From the human T2T-CHM13v2.0 reference genome, Homo sapiens, in NCBI RefSeq assembly GCF_009914755.1, contig NC_060928.1: a stretch of 64,000 nucleotides of DNA. One strand, written 5' to 3'. Numbering within the stretch: position 1 is the stretch's first letter; the number at the start of each line of letters is the position of its first letter. The translations under genes were made by a program, and so were the position numbers. Positions 50,656 through 64,000 of this stretch are shown in pieces. The notes under the pieces are model-generated. The model ran no database searches. It saw nothing but the letters and a program-made list of their open reading frames with translations, and had not been told where the DNA came from.

Positions 50656-51468
50656 GATTTCCAAAGCACTGAGCTTTTGGGAGAAATATCTTAGAAATTG
50701 TGAAACGATCCCCATGAACCTTTATATCAGTAGGGGAAAATAAAGAATTGAGCAACAATATGAAGTATCCACTGTTATCAGAGCCAATAGTTTACACCCC
50801 AGTTATGTCACCTAAATGAATATTAGTGCTAACAGAGCCTGGCCTTGTCCCATGAAGCCAAAAAAGTAAATTAAGGAAAAATGCAATGAGACACTTGGAC
50901 TTGAACCTTAGAGTTACAAAGTTAGAAGAGTAGGCAACAAGATGCCCTCTTCAGTATGGCAACCCATCATACAATTACAAAGCCCAAAATAAGTGTTAAT
51001 AGATACTAAAATGAAAGAATCTTAGCCCTTACCATAGCTTGCCCCATAAAAATTCCTGAGTACCATCTGATCACTGCTTATAAATAGTTGCAGAGAAGAA
51101 ACACCATTCTAGCAAACCTAAATATCTGAGATGTGAATCACAAGTCTTAGAGTTTGATATGAAAAAATCATTTTCTAAGCTAAGATAGAGATAGGAAATG
51201 GTTTCAGATAGCAATAAGAAGAAGCTGATGGCTGAGATTTCCAAGTTTCTACTGCATCTATTTGTTGATGTTTGAGTCAGAAGTATTATGATACGACTAT
51301 TTAGGAAATGGCCTCATGATGTCATGAGAGCTTTATCTTTCCATTCCATGTTTGACTTTTTTCTTCAGGACACTTAACTTTCCACATTGCCATCAAACAC
51401 TTATAAATTAAAACTTCTTAAGACACCTAAAGTAAGCACACAATTTTTATTTGTGTTTAATGCTCTCC

Positions 51469-51677
51469 TTTTTTTTTTCTTTCCATGGAAAGGGTCTCAC
51501 TCCCATCACCTAGGCTGAAGTACAATGACGCAATCACAACTCACTGTAGCCATGAATTCCTGAGCTCAGGAAATTCCACCTCAGCTTCCTAACTGGGATT
51601 ACAGGTGCATGCCACCACTCCTGGCTAATTCTTTTGTATTTTTAGCAGAGATGGGGTTTTGCTATGTTGCCTAGGCT
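51469..51677 (-). mobile_element. Old partial Alu (J/FRAM-like)
   Basis: agggtctcactc...gggattacaggtgcatgccaccac...gtatttttagcagagatgggg. Confidence 0.8.
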
Positions 51678-52279
51678 TCTCTTTCACTTTTGAGAACCTA
51701 CCAGGATACAGGGACTGTTTTAGTAGCAAAATAACAGCAATATTGAAGGTAGTCAAAGTAACTGTCTTCATGGAGCTTATATATAGTGAGATATTTTTTA
51801 AAAAGTAAACACATGTCAATAAAATGTAAGATGTGAGAGTGTTTTGAAAAGTAATGAACAATGCATAGGGAGACACTAAGTAGTGGTGACTGGCTGTTTT
51901 ATATAAGATAATAATGGAGAAGCTCTCTGATGAAGTGATATTTGAGGAATGACTTGAAGAATATTAAGAAGCAAGGTACTAAATGATCTAGAGAAAAAGC
52001 AACCATGTAAAGATCTGAAGCAGCAATAAATTTTGTGTATGAGAAGAGTCAACAAAAGTTAATGTGGTTCACACTCAGAAAAGAGGAGAGTGGAAGCAGA
52101 TGATATGAAGAAGGCAGAGAAAAACACATCATAAAGGGATTTAGATTTTGAACTTTATTCTACATGTTATGGGAAGTCATTGTAGCTTTAAATGAAGAAA
52201 TAATATTATGTGATTAACATTTTCAAAACTTCATCACTCTGGCTGCTCTATGGATAGAAAACTTAGAAGAGCAAGAGTG

Positions 52280-52392
52280 CTTAATACCTAGGTGATAGGT
52301 TGATAGATGCAGCAAACAACATGGCACACATTTACTTATGTAACAAACCTGCACATCCTTCACATGTATCCTGGAACTTCAAATAAAATAAA
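52280..52392 (+). mobile_element. Short L1PA 3' end inserted in L2-like sequence
   Basis: atggcacacatttacttatgtaacaaacctgcac; TSD AAGAGCAAGAGTG at 52267-52279 and 52393-52405. Confidence 0.85.
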
Positions 52393-53467
52393 AAGAGCAA
52401 GAGTGGTGGCTATTTCAGGAGTCCTGATGAGAGAAGAGGTGGTTTAGACTACGGAAAGATCAGCAGAGATTAAGCGAAGTGGTCAGCCACAATATACAGT
52501 TGAAAAAATATCCACAAATCTTTGATGAAGTACGGAATCTTGGGTTCTAGGAAAAATACATAATCTAGAAGCAACTCTGATAATTTTGGCCTAAACAACT
52601 GTGTCAATAATGGTGTCATTTAGTAAGTTAAAAAATGGGAAAAGATCAGGGTGTAAGGGCTTGGAATATCATAAATTCTGCATTGGCCATGTTAAGGTTG
52701 AGTTATCCGTTTAACTTCTGCATTATTGTATTGCTGTCATAACATGTTATCACCAAATTAAAAGCACAAAATAACAAATTATCTCACTAATCTATAGAAA
52801 GAATTTTGTTAATAGTATAGCTCAAATAGTTCCTCTGCTTAGAGTCTGGCAAGGCTACAATCAAGGTATTAATAGGGCTGCATGCCTTTTTGCAGACTCC
52901 AGGGAAAAATCTGCTTTGAGGCTCTTTTATCTCTCCTATATATCTCTTCTTCCTGACTCTTGTTTGGCTGCATCTCTCTGAATCTAGCCAGAAAAAAAAA
53001 ATTCACCTGTTTTTAAGATAAATTTCCTTTCCTTGATTATTTAATAAAAGATAGACTAGAGTAGATATGAAGTTTATTGCTTTGTTGTAAAAATTGGTGG
53101 CAATTCAATTGCTGGTAATGACAATGTCTAAGGGATTACTGTGAAAAAGGTTGGGATAAAATACAACAATGCTGGCTTTTCAAATCCAAATGTTGGAAGT
53201 AAGCAGGTCAAGGAATTAGGAGGCCATGGGTTGGATGAATCATTTATAGGGATGTTGAAGTCACCAAATGTGACAAATAAAGGGAGAAGACAGTGACCAA
53301 AGTGGTAGTCTTTTAAAAATGTCAAGTAGTGATCGGGCAGGAAGAAATAACTTCAATACAGAAGAGTAGTGGGGAGGCATAGCTTTTTTGAAGGTTCTTC
53401 AAAGTTGGAATGATGGAAAAGAGATGAGGTTTAGAAATAGCAATGAAGGCAAGGTCATCTACCTGAA

Positions 53468-55859
53468 CTTGGTGTTGCTACATCCATGTTATTTGTAACT
53501 GGAAGTGATGGATAACATCACAGTAGAATATAACTCTCAAAAGGCTTTCATTATGACATAAACATTACAAAGCAGTGCTATCAGTAAATGAAATAAGGAG
53601 TACCTAAACAGAAACAAGTTGCTGTGAATTACTCAACAAGGTCCTGTGTACTTAGCTGACATGTGGTGATGGGGTGAAAAGAATGAGTATGTGTGATTCT
53701 TCTTAATATTGTTATTTCACCCTGATTCAAGGTACAATTTTATTTTTATTTGCAAAATATCTGAGCCTCTAATTTGCATATTTATAAAGATGAGTGATCT
53801 ATACTTTTGCTCCCAAGCCCTGCAGAACAGAGTATGGAGAAAACACAACCACCTCCACCAAGTATTCTAGTACACATAGTGTACTTGAGATACAGACAAG
53901 GTTTGAGTTTTGCAATGTATTACTGCAAACACACAGAGAAGAAACTGAGAATATAGAGGCTCCTGCTGATGAATTTTCATGAGTTTGAGAGAGCAGTGTT
54001 GATGTTTGTAGATGGGGGAAGAAAGAGATTATACAGACCTCTGAGGATGACGGTCTGAATACAGGTGGATGAACTTAGAGACATGAAATCTTAGAGGAAA
54101 AAGATGAAGAAGTGTAAGACACAAGATTAGTCCTGATGGTCTCTTAGCGAAAAGTGGGTAATACATTTTCATTACATCTTCTCTCTCGGGATCATTCTGT
54201 CAGGATAAGAGGGTCTTAACAAAAGCACCCAAAGCTCAAAAACCCTCTATTTCAATGTTTTCTTAGTTTGTTTAACATTATTTACTGACCTCCATGTGCC
54301 ATGAACCATTATAGTTACCCGAAATAACTAAGTGATAAAACTAAAATCTTTGCCCTCCTGGAGCTTAAAGAATATCAAGGGGGAGAAGGTTATGTTTTTT
54401 CTGTCATTCCTGTGAAAAACCTTTATCTATTCAAGTTCACCTTGATATTATTTGATTGGCAAATGCTGAAATACCTATATTTTTGCTTTAACAGTTTTGG
54501 TGACTGCAGAGAAAGAAATATGTGATTATCATTCCATCTTTAGACAAACCTACTTCTCAAAGGTGTCTTGAAATTCATGAAAAATGTACATAATTAAAAC
54601 TATAATATCACCAAAAAGAGGATACAAGGAACACCAATATATAACCAGCCGGAAAAAAAAAATTATTTTTTAAATAATGCATAATTCTAAGTGTCTGCAT
54701 TTCCCTTGGAATGCATCACAAGTTTCACATAAGTCATGTGTAAATATCACAACAATGAGAGCTGAATCCCTTTAAAATAAGGCAAGTGCATGCCTGAAGC
54801 ACTTTCAACCTCTGACTAACATGAGAGATCAGGAAACAAGGAGTAGTTGTAAAAGGTCAATAGATAGCAGGTTTATTGGAAGGGGTGAATTATTAAAGTA
54901 AGCAAAAAAAAATACAAATAGGGTAGCAGAGGGTTTAATGTTTGAAACTGAGAGTTTGGAGGCCATGCAGAACCATTATCTGGAATTTGTTTCTCTCCCA
55001 AATGTCCTCTCTAGGTACTTTTAATTAAATATGCACATACATACACATCTATAACCACCACCTCACCTCATTACTTGCAGGCATTTTAACCAGCAAAGGT
55101 AGTATTTCTCCCATCTCATTGTAAGCACATATACTGCCCCAAATTTTCCCCTTACAAGAAAGCACCATCAAAAATCACCTCATCTTACAGTGTTTGGCAA
55201 ACACAGTTCCTGCACCAATATCTTTCTGTTGCTTTTCCAAGTCCCTTTGTAAAACTGCTAAACAATTGTTTCAAGTCCATTCTAATCCTTCATTCAATTT
55301 GTATGCGCTATCAACTAAATATCAGAACTTTACAGTCAATTTTGCATATAAAGTTAAACACACACAATCACTACCCTCAAATTGTTCATTAATCCTTTCT
55401 GGTCTGGCAGCCTGTCTGGACACACTACATATTTCTGCCATTTACTGCAGTATCCTATTTTATCCACCCCATCTCCTCTACACCATGAGCAATCAAACAG
55501 CAAAAGTATAGATCACTTGTTTTTATAAATATGCAAATTAGAGACTCCGATATTTTGCAAATAAAAATTAAATTAAATCTTGAACCAGGATGAAATAACA
55601 ATGTAAAGAAGACATCATGTATACCCATTCCTCTCACTCTACCACCACATGTCAGCTAAGTACACAGGACCTTGCTGAGTAATTCGCAAGGATAAAAAAT
55701 GATCTCACCTACCTTCCTATTTTGTACTTCTTATTTCATTTACTGATAGCACGGCTTTGTAATGTTTATGTCATAATGGCAGCCTTCTGAGGGCTATGTT
55801 CTACCGTGATGTCATCCATCACTGCCAATTACAAATACTATGGATGTAGCAATACCAAG
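53468..55859. repeat. Long inverted repeat: arms 53468-53811 and 55499-55859
   Basis: e.g. ggtcctgtgtacttagctgacatgtggtg versus caccacatgtcagctaagtacacaggacc; collinear over about 350 bp. Confidence 0.92.
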
Positions 55860-56389
55860 AAGGATGTTGCTTCAGAATGTCTCCTATGCACCCAAGAATC
55901 CCAAGTTGCAGATGAAGCATCATATCATTAAATATTGGGCTTAAGAAGCCTACAAATATCCAGAAAATTCTGTATGAATATAGATCAAGTGAACCCTTAA
56001 GGAAATATTTATTCTAAAGGGTCACTTTGAAGAAATATCCAATCTATCTGAGTATTCCTAAACTGAGAAAAGTAGTTTAACTATATAGAAATGTCAATTG
56101 TAGCAAAAACTCTATAATTTCAAAGGGGTATCTATCTCCCTATTCTTTCTGGACATACAGCCAGACTACATTTCTCAGCCTTCCTTGCAATTAGGCATCG
56201 CCATGTGCTGAATTTCAGCCAATGAAAGGAGAGAAGAACGTAATAGGAGTTACTTCTGAAACCGTGCCCCAAAGAGTTAAAGAAACCAGTAACTAACAGA
56301 AATTCTTGAGTTTGCTGGATGGTAGATGAGAAAAGAAACAAGTTGCTGAAACACTGAAACTCCCTCTGCTTAAGAGATAAAAGAACTGG

Positions 56390-56615
56390 AAGAAATCGGC
56401 TGGAACCAATATGGCCAAATGGAGTTTACACAGAACGAGCTTGCTGAGGTCACAACCTGAGTTTCCACTGCGTGTTGCATAGTAACTCCCCACAAATTTG
56501 CATATGGGACTCATGAGGAGGCATGAAGAGATAACTGTGTATGCCCAATGACTTTCCAGATCTCCCCTTTCCTTCCACAAATCACTGCTAATCCCAAAAT
56601 CCACCCACTAAACCT
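56390..56615 (+). mobile_element. ERV1-class LTR fragment (MER4/MER57-like)
   Basis: LTR-like text interrupted by the L1 poly-T; family assignment uncertain. Confidence 0.45.
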
Positions 56616-62178
<5,563 letters not shown>

Positions 62179-62180
62179 GA

Positions 62181-62313
62181 GCTAATGACAATCCCACCAC
62201 CCTTTGCTGACTCTCTTTTCGGACTCAGCCCGCCTGCACCCAGGTGAAATAAACAGCCCTGTTGCTCACACAAAGCCTGTTTGTTGGACTCTCTTCACAC
62301 GGAAGCGCGTGAC
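62181..62313 (+). mobile_element. 3' end of an HERV-H LTR7-family LTR
   Basis: ccctttgctgactctcttttcggactcagcccgcctgcacccaggtgaaataaacagcc...cacacggaagcgcgtgaca. Confidence 0.8.
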
Positions 62314-62553
62314 ATTTCTTGTATAATTTTTATACCAAATAAACCAAATTATGTCATTTTTGGACTTTAGGGAATCTGATATCGTAAAAGATTAATTAGG
62401 TCAGAAAAAGACATAATTTATAATTTGATTTTGGAATGTTTGTCAAATATCAAAAGTTTAAAACACCTGAAATCACAGTTCATTGTAAAATAAGTCATTC
62501 GTTTTACCAAAGTCAATTCTGGAACTGAGGTCTTTTCATTTCCATTTCAGGGA

Positions 62554-64000
<1,447 letters not shown>

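Overview
This is mammalian DNA, recognisably human chr4q13.3 (the P/Q-rich SCPP salivary cluster), so most short ORFs in the track are noise. Clear genes: CABS1 (single coding exon, 18537-19724) and SMR3A (3 exons, about 44270-50670). The window ends in a paralogous copy of the SMR3A upstream region, which probably belongs to SMR3B just outside the window. It also holds a 5'-truncated L1HS-Ta1 with target-site duplications (12401-17868), a nested L1/ERV pile-up (56.4-62.5 kb), and Alus and MaLRs. Two structures are not explained by these features. (1) More than 12 kb of + strand, transposon-free, decayed giant coding exon built from at least 5 diverged ~2.04-kb Ser/Thr/acidic modules runs up to CABS1. 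(2) An apparently unannotated MUC7/SMR3-like secreted-protein gene between CABS1 and SMR3A has a signal-peptide exon and a His/Pro then Thr/Ala-rich exon, and appears disabled at its splice sites. The SMR3A 3'UTR also keeps a fossil PROL1-like C-terminus. Names and subfamily calls come from recall of known sequences, not from database searches.
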